Below, one piece after another: positions 45,307 to 55,539 of a DNA stretch of 64,000 nucleotides (within the stretch, counting starts at the first letter, position 1; each line of letters opens with the position of its first letter). The position numbers were made by a program, and so were the translations under genes. Under the pieces are notes generated by a model. That model had not been told where the DNA came from. It saw only the letters and a list, made by a program, of their open reading frames with translations, and made no database searches. Source of the DNA: a virus (lineage: Duplodnaviria; Caudoviricetes); the IMG/VR virus record IMGVR_UViG_3300028048_000042; one strand, written 5' to 3'.

Positions 45307-45858
45307 ATGGCGAATAAGTTAATTCAATCTAAACAAATTGACATGAAAAGTGTCAATAAATCATTGAATTTAGATGAAAGAACCGAAAAAATTATCACAT
45401 TCTGCTTTCCTTCCATTACAGAAGGATATGTAGGCAACTTTTTTAAATTTCCCTATGAAGGTATGTTGGTAGATATAGATGGTTATTGTACAAATCCAAG
45501 CATTGTTGATACAATTTTTAGAATTGAAAAATGTTCTGAAAAAGATTTTAAGCAAGGCGTGAATTATTCACAATCTGATTTAGGACTTGTTTTGTCTGAG
45601 CAAACTGTAAATAACAAGGTAACAAAAGATACTATGGAATTGGGATTGTTCGTAGATTCATGGGAGAACATTACAAATGAAATTGTAATTCCAAAGAATC
45701 AATTATCTGTAGAAAAATCTTTTGTTACAAATAATGTTTTGGTAAACAAGAATGACTTGTTTAGGGTTAAATTTCTATCTTGCTCTACGGACGATTTAAA
45801 AAAGATGGCTTATAATGTAACAATTCAAATTGTTATACAAGTCAAAAATAATTTATAA
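45307..45858 (+). CDS. Hypothetical structural protein
   Basis: 183-aa ORF. Confidence 0.6.
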   Translation: MANKLIQSKQIDMKSVNKSLNLDERTEKIITFCFPSITEGYVGNFFKFPYEGMLVDIDGYCTNPSIVDTIFRIEKCSEKDFKQGVNYSQSDLGLVLSEQTVNNKVTKDTMELGLFVDSWENITNEIVIPKNQLSVEKSFVTNNVLVNKNDLFRVKFLSCSTDDLKKMAYNVTIQIVIQVKNNL

Positions 45859-45873
45859 GCGAAGGTGATATTG

Positions 45874-46404
45874 ATGGCAGCTCCAAAAGTTAGTTGGAAG
45901 CACGAAGATGCAGGATTGATGGTTGATTTTTCTGCTTGGAACATGAATAAAATTAATGCAGATGATGATTCCCCAATTCAGACAATCTATTTGTGGAATA
46001 ACTTTGGTGACAACTATGATGATGAAAAAGATGGGGAAGACCCTGAAAATCATCCAAAAATTTCTGACATGCAGGATGTTCAGATTACGACAACTTCTAG
46101 TGATGCGGATTCAATGGACGTAGTTAAAGATAAATGGATTCGTGTTAAACTTTTGTCTATTGGCAAAGATGAAAATGGTGTAGATTTACAACCTGAAACT
46201 GCATTCACCCCAATTGGCGGTGACGCAACTCACGTTTTAACCGCAGAAGGTATGCGTGAAGGTGTAATTAGCGGTGCTCGTAACTCAGGCACTTTGGCAG
46301 ATAAAGCAAATTATGCTAAATTTGAAATTATGTGTCATGTTCCTGCAAACGCCCCTGCAGGCCCTCGTAGTTTGGCTACACGTATTATTTATTATTACAC
46401 CTAA
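45874..46404 (+). CDS. Hypothetical structural protein
   Basis: AAGGTGA SD before ATG 45874. Confidence 0.6.
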   Translation: MAAPKVSWKHEDAGLMVDFSAWNMNKINADDDSPIQTIYLWNNFGDNYDDEKDGEDPENHPKISDMQDVQITTTSSDADSMDVVKDKWIRVKLLSIGKDENGVDLQPETAFTPIGGDATHVLTAEGMREGVISGARNSGTLADKANYAKFEIMCHVPANAPAGPRSLATRIIYYYT

Positions 46405-46440
46405 TTATTAACTCAATACAATGAGAAAGGACAAGTAAAA

Positions 46441-47055
46441 ATGGAAAAAAAATTAACTTTCAATGAGGTTAATTGTTTTTCTCCGATTAATACTCAGCCT
46501 TTCATTTGGATGGCTGAGTATTTTTCTGAAGATGGTTTGACAGAATTTGATTTAGAAACCAAAAAGGAAAACAATTTTTCAGATATTCAGAAAGATAAAT
46601 TAAGAAAATTTGGTTTGATTGGGCAAGGCTCAAAATTATTTTTTAACTGTAATGGCGGTGCTTTTAGCATTGTTGGTAAGAGTTATTCTATCGAAGTAGA
46701 ATGTGATGGAAAACTTTACCGTTTGAATGATTCTTCAAATTACATTACAGATGTAATTACATATAAACGAGCAGAAGCAAATGTCTCTTACGGAGTTAAA
46801 TCTGCCGAATTAAGACCAAATATTACAGGGTATTTCTTCGGATATAAAACTAAAGTTGAAGTGAATGGCGTTAAATTTAATTTAAAGCCCATTGTTTCAA
46901 TGGTGGCTGAGAAACCTTTATATTTGGATTTGTCTTTATCTGCTGATAGAGATATGAAAATTACACTTTACATTTGTAAGAGTGATAAAAGATTTCCTTA
47001 TGAAATGGAATTGAAGAAAAACAAAACTAGCCGTGTTCATTGGAATTTCCTCTGA
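46441..47055 (+). CDS. Hypothetical protein
   Basis: 204-aa ORF, AAAGGA SD. Confidence 0.65.
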   Translation: MEKKLTFNEVNCFSPINTQPFIWMAEYFSEDGLTEFDLETKKENNFSDIQKDKLRKFGLIGQGSKLFFNCNGGAFSIVGKSYSIEVECDGKLYRLNDSSNYITDVITYKRAEANVSYGVKSAELRPNITGYFFGYKTKVEVNGVKFNLKPIVSMVAEKPLYLDLSLSADRDMKITLYICKSDKRFPYEMELKKNKTSRVHWNFL

Positions 47056-47065
47056 GGTGGTTTAA

Positions 47066-47773
47066 ATGCCAACAGAACGTTCAAAATCAACAGTAAATAA
47101 TGTTGAATTGTCATGTTCTAATTATTGGAATAAATCAATTAATGATACAACTGTAACAGTCAAAATGCTTGTACCATCTAATGACCGATACAAGTTAGCT
47201 GTAGAAATGTATCGAAATGATGAAAAAGTAGCTACATTTGAGGAATTTAAAAATCCTTTTGATACAAAACAAGTAGTTACAGGTTTTACCAATTTAACAA
47301 CTTTGCAATTCGTTGTTCCTGAAACATTTTTGGAAATTGGGGATAATGTTTTGAAATTTATTGTTACAGATGAAGTGCCTGAAGAAGATACAACAGGTAC
47401 AAGTGAAGTAACACATGTTATTAAGGTAGAAACAAGAAATAGCTTTGAAGTTGAAAGAAAACTTGCTTATAAAAGCGAATATTTGATTTCAGGTTCAGGC
47501 TCAATTAATAATGCAAATGGATTTAATGTAAATACTAAAAATGGTAGTTTGAAAACTGTTTGCATTCCTAAAAAACCTATTGAAATGGACGGCAGAGCAA
47601 CAATTCAGACGATTGAAGTTGATGCTACTCCTGATTTTATAGGTGAATGTGAAAAAGATATTGCTACTGCTAGTTTGTTGGAAATGGGCGATTATACAGT
47701 TCAAAAAATTCCTTTTGATGATGTGCTCCATTTTGACGAAATTAAGCATATTCAAGCAATAGATATTCATTAA
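47066..47773 (+). CDS. Ig-like/beta-rich structural protein
   Basis: GDNVLKFIVTD; C-terminus resembles the ends of the GLUG paralogues. Confidence 0.55.
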   Translation: MPTERSKSTVNNVELSCSNYWNKSINDTTVTVKMLVPSNDRYKLAVEMYRNDEKVATFEEFKNPFDTKQVVTGFTNLTTLQFVVPETFLEIGDNVLKFIVTDEVPEEDTTGTSEVTHVIKVETRNSFEVERKLAYKSEYLISGSGSINNANGFNVNTKNGSLKTVCIPKKPIEMDGRATIQTIEVDATPDFIGECEKDIATASLLEMGDYTVQKIPFDDVLHFDEIKHIQAIDIH

Positions 47774-47806
47774 TAGAATGAATTAATTTGGAAAGGAAGA
47801 TTTTTT

Positions 47807-49081
47807 ATGGCGCAAGGTTTCTTTGCGGGAGGTAATGGAACAAAAGAAAGTCCATTTCTAATTGAAGATGCAGATGATTTAAATGCAATGAGAATGCATT
47901 TGGATTCTTATTTTGAATTGATAAATGATATTAATTTATCAAACGGTAAATATAATTTAAATCAGGGTTGGCAACCAATTAAGAATTTTACAGGTACTTT
48001 AAATGGTGCGAATCATAAAATTATTAATTTATACATCAATAGACCTACTGAGGATATGGTTGGATTTTTTAAACAATTATCAGGTAATTTAACCAATATT
48101 TATTTTGTTGATGCTCAAATTGTAGGACATGATTGCGTCGGCGTAGTAACAGGGATTTTATATACTTTTGACAATCCTCTATCGTACACAGAAGCTATAA
48201 ACAAAAACATTTGCGTTGTAAATAGTTTTGTTAAAGCAAATGCTTACGCAGGTGGTTATTTTGGAATATTTGCTATGAATCGTTATAGTTATACAATCTC
48301 TGATGTGTTTGTTGAAGTAAATATTGATTCTAAGGATTCAAAAGCATTTGGTTTTGGGACAATTTTAGACATTGCAGGTAGGGAGAGAATTAACGTTAAC
48401 AATATATCCTTTGATTTTAATTGTAATTGTAATTGTGACGGTCGATGGAGCAACCAATGTAATTGTGTTGTTAACAATATCATTGTAAATATTCAACGTT
48501 GTGCTACAAAAATACATAAAAATAAATCTATAACAGAATATTATGCTTTTGTATCAGGTAGTTCTAAAAAATTCACAGCATGTATAACAGATAATTCTGA
48601 GATTGCACCAATGATTGAAACAAATATTGAATATAAAAATATTTTAAATATTGAATATGCAACAGATTTGTTACCAAACGTTGATTCAAACTATTTTACT
48701 AAAAAAGTAAATGCTATGCTTGAACCAAAGTTTTTAAATAATGATTCTATTTATCTGCAATTTAATAATGGATATTATGTGTATGATTTTACCAATAATG
48801 AATTTGTACTAAAATATACAAAATTTTCCAATGAGAATTCAAAAGAAATTATCCAAAATGGAATGGATAAGGTTTCATTCTCAAAAATTCCTAATTCCAA
48901 ATTAAAAGAAATTCAGGATAAATACGGTAAAGTAAAAGTAGTAAATTGTATTAATGCACATAAGAGGATTGTGTATAAAACAAATACTTTAGAAATGAAC
49001 AGAGATAAGGCACATTCTGTTTACCGTAAGAAAATTAGATTTGATAACTTTAATGAAATAACTTCTATCAAGAAGAAATAA
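47807..49081 (+). CDS. GLUG-type beta-helix protein 1 (putative receptor-binding), CNCNC insert
   Basis: GGNGTKESPFLIEDADDL...FTGTLNGANHKIINL...VGFF. Confidence 0.75.
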   Translation: MAQGFFAGGNGTKESPFLIEDADDLNAMRMHLDSYFELINDINLSNGKYNLNQGWQPIKNFTGTLNGANHKIINLYINRPTEDMVGFFKQLSGNLTNIYFVDAQIVGHDCVGVVTGILYTFDNPLSYTEAINKNICVVNSFVKANAYAGGYFGIFAMNRYSYTISDVFVEVNIDSKDSKAFGFGTILDIAGRERINVNNISFDFNCNCNCDGRWSNQCNCVVNNIIVNIQRCATKIHKNKSITEYYAFVSGSSKKFTACITDNSEIAPMIETNIEYKNILNIEYATDLLPNVDSNYFTKKVNAMLEPKFLNNDSIYLQFNNGYYVYDFTNNEFVLKYTKFSNENSKEIIQNGMDKVSFSKIPNSKLKEIQDKYGKVKVVNCINAHKRIVYKTNTLEMNRDKAHSVYRKKIRFDNFNEITSIKKK

Positions 49082-49093
49082 GAGGTGAATTGA

Positions 49094-50395
49094 ATGAATG
49101 GTAATTTTGGCGGTGGAGAAGGTACAAAAGAAAAACCATTTTTAATTGAAGATGCTTCCGACCTTTTCCAAGTTCGCAACCATTTGAAAAATTACTTCAA
49201 ACTTGTAGATAATATCAATCTAGGTGAACCACCTTACAATAGTGAGTTCGGTTGGCAACCAATTGAAGGGTTTACAGGTCATATTGATGGTAATAACAAG
49301 CGTATTTATAACCTCACAATTAGACGAGCTACGGAAGATAATGTTGGATTATTCAGCACATATCACTGTAGCGATACACAAAATCCTTCACCAATTAGCA
49401 ACGTTTCATTTGAAAATGTAAGCATTAATGGTAAGGATAATGTTGGCTGTATTGTTGGTAAATTGTTTTGGGGAACATATTCCACAACACTTCCTGTATT
49501 TGATAATGTTTATGTAAATGGCGGTATTAGTGGTAATAACAACGTTGGTTCGTTTGTCGGACATTTATATGGCGATTTATCTGTAACAGGTAAAGTAATA
49601 TTCTTGACGCAGGATTGCGTAGCAAACACTCAACTTGCTATTACAAATTCAGATAATACGTATATTGGACAAATTGTTGGTTTAGCTTCTGATACTTGGG
49701 CTTCACCAATTTCAAATCTCACTTCTGTAAAATATGTCCGTACAGTTGGACGTTCAATGATTAGCTCTTCATCTAAGAAAATTTCAAAAGCAGGTAACTT
49801 TTCTTTTGATTTAAATGCAAGAGATACATTTGTTGATTGTTTTATGGACACAGGTTTGTGGGAAAAAACCAATTTCAACAATGAAAATGCAGGAATTCAG
49901 TATGTAGATTCAAGTATTTTGAAAAAGTTGAAAACGCAAGCTCCATTAGTGGACATTATGCAGGGAAAAATTCACAAATGGTCTACATTCGAAGGTTCAT
50001 ACCCACAGTTAACTATTGCTGTACCTGACTATTTCTTCGTTCAGGCTGATAATGAATTTTATTATTTCGATTTGAATGATGGGGAATGGAAACAGGTTGC
50101 TTTAGGCGATAAATCTAACCCTTCAAAATCTCAAATTATTAATTTCGGCATGAAAACTTTACAGGATGTTCCTAATTTGCAATGGAATTTCTTTAAAGGT
50201 AAGTTCTCCAAAGTTACATTGTATAATGCAATTGATAAAACAGATTCTACACACCAAACACATATGCCTTTAAATCAGAGTATTTTGACGATTAAAGAGT
50301 CAATGCCTAGCGATAGCGATAAAAAGGTTAATATGTCTATGAAGGTAAAATTAAATAATAACTATGGTGTATTGTCTGAAATCAAGGGGTGGTGA
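49094..50395 (+). CDS. GLUG-type beta-helix protein 2
   Basis: GGGEGTKEKPFLIED; DNVGCIVG, NNVGSFVG. Confidence 0.75.
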   Translation: MNGNFGGGEGTKEKPFLIEDASDLFQVRNHLKNYFKLVDNINLGEPPYNSEFGWQPIEGFTGHIDGNNKRIYNLTIRRATEDNVGLFSTYHCSDTQNPSPISNVSFENVSINGKDNVGCIVGKLFWGTYSTTLPVFDNVYVNGGISGNNNVGSFVGHLYGDLSVTGKVIFLTQDCVANTQLAITNSDNTYIGQIVGLASDTWASPISNLTSVKYVRTVGRSMISSSSKKISKAGNFSFDLNARDTFVDCFMDTGLWEKTNFNNENAGIQYVDSSILKKLKTQAPLVDIMQGKIHKWSTFEGSYPQLTIAVPDYFFVQADNEFYYFDLNDGEWKQVALGDKSNPSKSQIINFGMKTLQDVPNLQWNFFKGKFSKVTLYNAIDKTDSTHQTHMPLNQSILTIKESMPSDSDKKVNMSMKVKLNNNYGVLSEIKGW

Positions 50396-50398
50396 TAA

Positions 50399-51679
50399 AT
50401 GGCACAGGGGTTTTTTGCAGGTGGCAATGGAACAAAAGAAAGTCCATTTCTAATTGAAGATGCAGATGATTTAAATGCAATAAGAAATAATCTTTCTGCA
50501 CATTATAAAATGATAAATGATATTAATTTATCTGAAGGTAAATACAATTTAAATCAAGGTTGGCAACCAATTAGGAATTTTACAGGTACTTTAAATGGTG
50601 CGAATCATAAAATTATTAATTTGTATGTTAATAGACCAACAGAAGATTATGTTGGATTCTTTAAAATATTGCAAAATGCGACAATAAACAATATTGGGTT
50701 TGTTAACCCAATTGTTAAAGGACATAGCGGTTGCGGAATTTTGACAGGCGGTTTTATAAATACAAAATGGGAAGTCAACTCATTAATTAATAACATTTTT
50801 GTTGAAGAAGGATTTGTTTCAGGCGATTCAAAAGTAAGTGGAGTTTGTGGATGGATGATAGCAACAGCTCCCTCAACCATTTCATTCACCAATATTTTTG
50901 TTGACGTTGAAATTCAATCAAAAGAAGGTATTGCATATGGAGTGGGATTTGTAGATGTAGGCAGAGTGCTATACAGAGGAACAAGAAGCTATTCTGCATT
51001 TGACAATGGTGTATATCGCTACGATTGTAACTGTAATTGTAGTAACGGTGACTGTAACTGTAACTGTAGTTATACCAACAATAATACATTTGCAAATTGT
51101 ATTTCAAAACTGCGTAAAAATGAATTAATAACAACATATTATTCTTTTTCTAATAATGCTTATGTTACTTTTGAAAATTGTTATGCAGACAATTCTGAAA
51201 TACAGCCTGTTATTTATACAGGAATCACCTATAAAAATATAACCGATATTCAACATGAGATTAATTTATTGCCAAACGTTGATTCAAACTATTTTACTAA
51301 AAAAGTAAATGCTATGCTTGAACCAAAGTTTTTAAATAATGATGCTATTTATCTGCAATTCAATAATGGGTATCATGTGTATGATTTTACAAATAATGAA
51401 TTTGTACAAAAATATACAAAGTTCTCTAATGAGAATTCAAAAGAAATCATTCAAAACGGAATGGATAAAGTTTCATTTTCGAAAATTCCTAATTCCAAAT
51501 TGAAAGAAATTCAGGATAAATACGGTAAAGTAAAAGTAGTAAACTGTATTAATGCACATAAAAAAATTGTGTATAAAACAAATACTTTAGAAATGAATTA
51601 CGATAAACAAAAATCTGTTTACCGTAAGAAAGTTGAGTTTAATAAATTCAACGAAGTAACTTCTATTAAGAAGAAATAA
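50399..51679 (+). CDS. GLUG-type beta-helix protein 3, CNCNC inserts; recent duplicate of protein 1
   Basis: Near-identical N- and C-terminal blocks to the 47807 ORF. Confidence 0.75.
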   Translation: MAQGFFAGGNGTKESPFLIEDADDLNAIRNNLSAHYKMINDINLSEGKYNLNQGWQPIRNFTGTLNGANHKIINLYVNRPTEDYVGFFKILQNATINNIGFVNPIVKGHSGCGILTGGFINTKWEVNSLINNIFVEEGFVSGDSKVSGVCGWMIATAPSTISFTNIFVDVEIQSKEGIAYGVGFVDVGRVLYRGTRSYSAFDNGVYRYDCNCNCSNGDCNCNCSYTNNNTFANCISKLRKNELITTYYSFSNNAYVTFENCYADNSEIQPVIYTGITYKNITDIQHEINLLPNVDSNYFTKKVNAMLEPKFLNNDAIYLQFNNGYHVYDFTNNEFVQKYTKFSNENSKEIIQNGMDKVSFSKIPNSKLKEIQDKYGKVKVVNCINAHKKIVYKTNTLEMNYDKQKSVYRKKVEFNKFNEVTSIKKK

Positions 51680-51691
51680 GAGGTGAATTAA

Positions 51692-53008
51692 ATGAATGGT
51701 AAATTTGGCGGTGGAGAAGGTACACCGACAAACCCTTATCTTATTGAAGATATTTATGACTTCAACGAAATCCGAAAAGGAGAAAAGTTGTCGTATAAAT
51801 TAGTCAACGATATTGACTTTTCACTTCCTCCATATGATAAAGGGTTTTTACCCATTCCATCTTTTTCAGGTCAATTAGACGGTAATGGACATAAACTAAT
51901 GAACCTGTATATTGATAAAATGGATTATCCTGATATGTATACATATGTTGGCTTGTTTGAACAAATAAGTATTACCAACAATCAGTATACTGCGGTTAAT
52001 CATCCATTTATTAAAAATTTAATCATCACAAATGCTAACATTAAAGCCCCTGAAAATGGTGGTATTATTGTAGGTAAATTAATGTATCGTCACAATTCAG
52101 GTACACTATTTCAACCATTGTTTGAAAATGTATATATTAGCGGCAAGGTTCAAGCTAAATATGGTTGTGGTGGGTTCGTTGGTTCGTTATATTTCTACGA
52201 TGATTATGCTGATTATAAGAATGTAATGTTTAAAAATATTCAGGCAAATTTGGATTTACTTGCTAACTCAGCAAGTGCATATGTATCTCCATTGGCAGGA
52301 TATGTTTACGTTGACCAAGGTCAGGTAAATTCAAACTATTTTGGTAAAGCTGGTTTTACATTTGTTCAAGACTCCATTATTAAATGTAAATTTGTCAACA
52401 ACAATCAAATTGTAAAAAGTCAGTTAAAAAATATCTTTAACTATGATACAAAAATTACTTTCCCTGCAAATGTTCAAAAAATGAGAGTTACAAATTCAAT
52501 TTTTATTACAGATGATTGGGCAGGAGATTTATGTGATAACATTGTTACAATGTCACAAGAAGAAATCAATCACCTTGCGAAGACATTGGATTTTAAATTG
52601 GCACTTGAAGATAATAAACAATGGAGTTTTGTAGCAAACAAAATGCCAAAATTGTCTGTAATGAATAGCGACTACTGTTTGTTTTATAAGAAATCAACTA
52701 AGCAATATTTTGGTTTAGATTTGAAAGAAGTAAAAATTTTCAATATCTTAAAACATTTGGATTTGACATTTGCTTCAACTGATGTTTCAAATAGTATAAT
52801 CAATGACGCTAGAAAGAAATTAGGTGATATTCAGGTCGTTGCGATTATGAATTTATCTTTAGGTAAAAAAGTAGTTCAGCAACCTGAAATCGCATTGAAT
52901 AGCAATTCTGCTAATAATTACAGTGGACATTTTGTTTTTAGAAAGAAAATATCCTTCCCTGAAACAGGTAAAGACATTTATAAAATTGTTGGAAAGAATT
53001 CCTTTTAA
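51692..53008 (+). CDS. GLUG-type beta-helix protein 4
   Basis: GGGEGTPTNPYLIED; FSGQLDGNGHKLMNL. Confidence 0.75.
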   Translation: MNGKFGGGEGTPTNPYLIEDIYDFNEIRKGEKLSYKLVNDIDFSLPPYDKGFLPIPSFSGQLDGNGHKLMNLYIDKMDYPDMYTYVGLFEQISITNNQYTAVNHPFIKNLIITNANIKAPENGGIIVGKLMYRHNSGTLFQPLFENVYISGKVQAKYGCGGFVGSLYFYDDYADYKNVMFKNIQANLDLLANSASAYVSPLAGYVYVDQGQVNSNYFGKAGFTFVQDSIIKCKFVNNNQIVKSQLKNIFNYDTKITFPANVQKMRVTNSIFITDDWAGDLCDNIVTMSQEEINHLAKTLDFKLALEDNKQWSFVANKMPKLSVMNSDYCLFYKKSTKQYFGLDLKEVKIFNILKHLDLTFASTDVSNSIINDARKKLGDIQVVAIMNLSLGKKVVQQPEIALNSNSANNYSGHFVFRKKISFPETGKDIYKIVGKNSF

Positions 53009-53020
53009 GAGGTGAGTTAA

Positions 53021-54301
53021 TTGTCACAAGGTAAATTTGGTGGTGGCGAAGGTACACTCAACAATCCTTATTTAATTGAAGATGTGGAAGATTTAAATGC
53101 TATTCGCTTTTATCCCACAAAAAATTTCAAATTAACGCAGGACATTAACCTTGGCGTTTATCCTTACAATACAAACAAAGGTTGGTTGCCAATCAATGAT
53201 TTCTGCGGAACATTAGATGGTGATGGTCACTCCATCTTAAATATGTATATTAATCGTCCAAATCAGGATGCTGTCGGTTTTATTGGTTCAACCGCAATGA
53301 CTGTAAATGTTGTTTTTCAGATAAAAAATCTTTTTATTAAGAATTGCAATATTATTGGTCATAATTCTGTTGCTCCAATTTGCGGTCATCTTAATGCAAC
53401 ACAATCGCAAACAGAACCTTATGTTGAAAATTGTAAAATTACAGGTAAGGTTTTAGGTAACGAAGCTTTATCTGCTGTGTTTGGTGGTATTAAATATGCT
53501 ACAGCCGTAACAAGCGCAAATATTATTAATAACTCTTATCTGAAAGTTGATATGTCTCTTTCGGCACAAGGAACTAATTATGGCATGTTTGTTGCTTATG
53601 ATGCGGTTAATAATGCAAATTATACTATTTCAAATGTTATTTCTTTGTGTACTTTTGATAATAGTGTAAATGGTATTCCTACTGTATTAGCTCCAAATTT
53701 CTGTAGCTTATATACAGGTATGAAATACACCAATGTATATTTCAATACTGATTTGTGGAAATATGGTGTTACTACTGCAAATGGTGCAAAAGGACTGAAT
53801 AGCGAAGAAATTACAAATCGCTTAAATTTAGGTACTTTGTATCAAGAAGTTAATGATAATGGTGAATTGCTTTGGGATTTTAAAACAGGCGAACGTGAAC
53901 CACAGCTAAAGTTATTCTTCTACAAGAAGTATCTAATTAAGTGTGATAAAGGCTATTATGTTTATAGCAATACAAATGGTTGGACTAAGGTTTTAGATAA
54001 AATTAAAACAAATTCCAAAGTTTTTGAAATGGCTATGGAAGGAATTGACCACATTCCATTTAGTGCTTGGGAAGATTTTAAGAACAATGTCTCAATAAAA
54101 GCAAAAATCATTGTTCTTATTCCTGACACAAATGGTACAATTCAGATTAAAAATGCTTTAATTTTGGATAAAGATTCAACCATTAAAGATAATCTTGTAA
54201 GAAAATATGATGGTCTTGAAACAAAAGTTTTTAGACGTAAAATTTCTTTCCAAGATAAAATTAGTGGCGACACTATTGTTAAAATTGCTAAACAGAATTA
54301 A
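53021..54301 (+). CDS. GLUG-type beta-helix protein 5
   Basis: GGGEGTLNNPYLIED; FCGTLDGDGHSILNM. Confidence 0.75.
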   Translation: MSQGKFGGGEGTLNNPYLIEDVEDLNAIRFYPTKNFKLTQDINLGVYPYNTNKGWLPINDFCGTLDGDGHSILNMYINRPNQDAVGFIGSTAMTVNVVFQIKNLFIKNCNIIGHNSVAPICGHLNATQSQTEPYVENCKITGKVLGNEALSAVFGGIKYATAVTSANIINNSYLKVDMSLSAQGTNYGMFVAYDAVNNANYTISNVISLCTFDNSVNGIPTVLAPNFCSLYTGMKYTNVYFNTDLWKYGVTTANGAKGLNSEEITNRLNLGTLYQEVNDNGELLWDFKTGEREPQLKLFFYKKYLIKCDKGYYVYSNTNGWTKVLDKIKTNSKVFEMAMEGIDHIPFSAWEDFKNNVSIKAKIIVLIPDTNGTIQIKNALILDKDSTIKDNLVRKYDGLETKVFRRKISFQDKISGDTIVKIAKQN

Positions 54302-54320
54302 TTTTCATGAGGTGTAAGAT

Positions 54321-55523
54321 ATGGATTTGAAAAATCTTTCAGGCGCAGGCACAGACTTTAACCCTTATATTATTACAAGTGGTGAGGAATTGGATTGCAT
54401 TCGTCAGGACGTAACAGCTTGTTATCGTTTGGCGAACACAATTGATTTGACTGAAATTTGCAATGCAAGTGACGGTACAGGTTGGCAGCCAATTGAAAAC
54501 TTTACAGGCGTTCTTGATGGTGCAGGTTTTAGCATTACAAATCTTTTCATTAACCGTACAGAAAATAATCAGGCGTTATTTTCTACAACAAACGGTTGTA
54601 CAATTATGAATCTTGGTGTTACTAATGCTAGTGTAGCAGGTGGTGCTTTGAATACAGCCATTTTGGTTGGTAACATCTTGTCTTATGATGATTTGATTGA
54701 AAACTGCTTTGTATCAGGTACGGTTCGTGGTCAGAACTACATTGCAGGTATTGTTGGTCAGATGAATGGTGGTACAATTAAAAACTGCTATTCTGAAGCT
54801 CAGTTGACAACAACAATTACTTCAGGAAGTTATGCAGGTGGTATTTGTGCGAAAGCAACAACTTCTAACCCTGCTATCATTAAATGTTTCTTCAATGGAA
54901 CAATTGCAGGTGCTACAACACCTCAACCATATTATGCTCATAATGCGGTTAATGCAGTGGCAGATAAATGCCATTACAATTCCACAAAACTTCCAATTTC
55001 TCCTGTAGTTGCAGGTAATCTTGATGATGACGGAATGCGTGATTCTAAGAATTTTGCTGATTGGCAGGATGAATATTACAACTTCGATAGAAAGGTTTGG
55101 AGTCAGAAATTAAATGATTACCCACATCTCTATTTCGAAGTATCTACAAGATATTTAATTGCAGTAGAAAATGCAAGTGGTACAACTTATTACACATTTG
55201 TGTATGAAGATTCAAAAGGTGTTTGGAAAGCATTGACAAGTTCTGAAATTGCAGGTGCATTCCCAACTGCTAGTGAATTTGAAAACTATGGCTTGATTGA
55301 TGCTGAACTTTCTGCAATTTCTCGTTTTGATTGGAATAAACTCCGTGAAATCACAGATGAATTCGAACTCATTGCTAGTACAGATAAATACACAATTGAA
55401 CGTACTATTACTCAGCAGGAAATGACTGTTGAACAGGAATTATCCGATGCAATCATTCTTGCTACTGAGATTGATTTTAGTGCTTTTGGTGATTCCATTA
55501 ATCAGATTAAAATTGTACAGTAA
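54321..55523 (+). CDS. GLUG-type beta-helix protein 6
   Basis: GAGTDFNPYII; YIAGIVG, YAGGIC. Confidence 0.75.
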   Translation: MDLKNLSGAGTDFNPYIITSGEELDCIRQDVTACYRLANTIDLTEICNASDGTGWQPIENFTGVLDGAGFSITNLFINRTENNQALFSTTNGCTIMNLGVTNASVAGGALNTAILVGNILSYDDLIENCFVSGTVRGQNYIAGIVGQMNGGTIKNCYSEAQLTTTITSGSYAGGICAKATTSNPAIIKCFFNGTIAGATTPQPYYAHNAVNAVADKCHYNSTKLPISPVVAGNLDDDGMRDSKNFADWQDEYYNFDRKVWSQKLNDYPHLYFEVSTRYLIAVENASGTTYYTFVYEDSKGVWKALTSSEIAGAFPTASEFENYGLIDAELSAISRFDWNKLREITDEFELIASTDKYTIERTITQQEMTVEQELSDAIILATEIDFSAFGDSINQIKIVQ

Positions 55524-55539
55524 AGGAAGGTGAAAGCTA

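Larger units (their letters stand above)
48674..51724 (+). repeat. Direct repeat pairs: 48674-49126 / 51272-51724 and 47807-~48070 / 50399-~50660
   Basis: Near-identical DNA at offsets 2598 and 2592; the 3' block includes the intergenic RBS and the start of the next gene. Confidence 0.9.

Noticed and set aside
48674-51724. Diversity-generating retroelement TR/VR pair
   Set aside because: Differences between the copies are not adenine-specific (T/C, T/G, C/A...), both copies are coding, and no reverse transcriptase is in the window.
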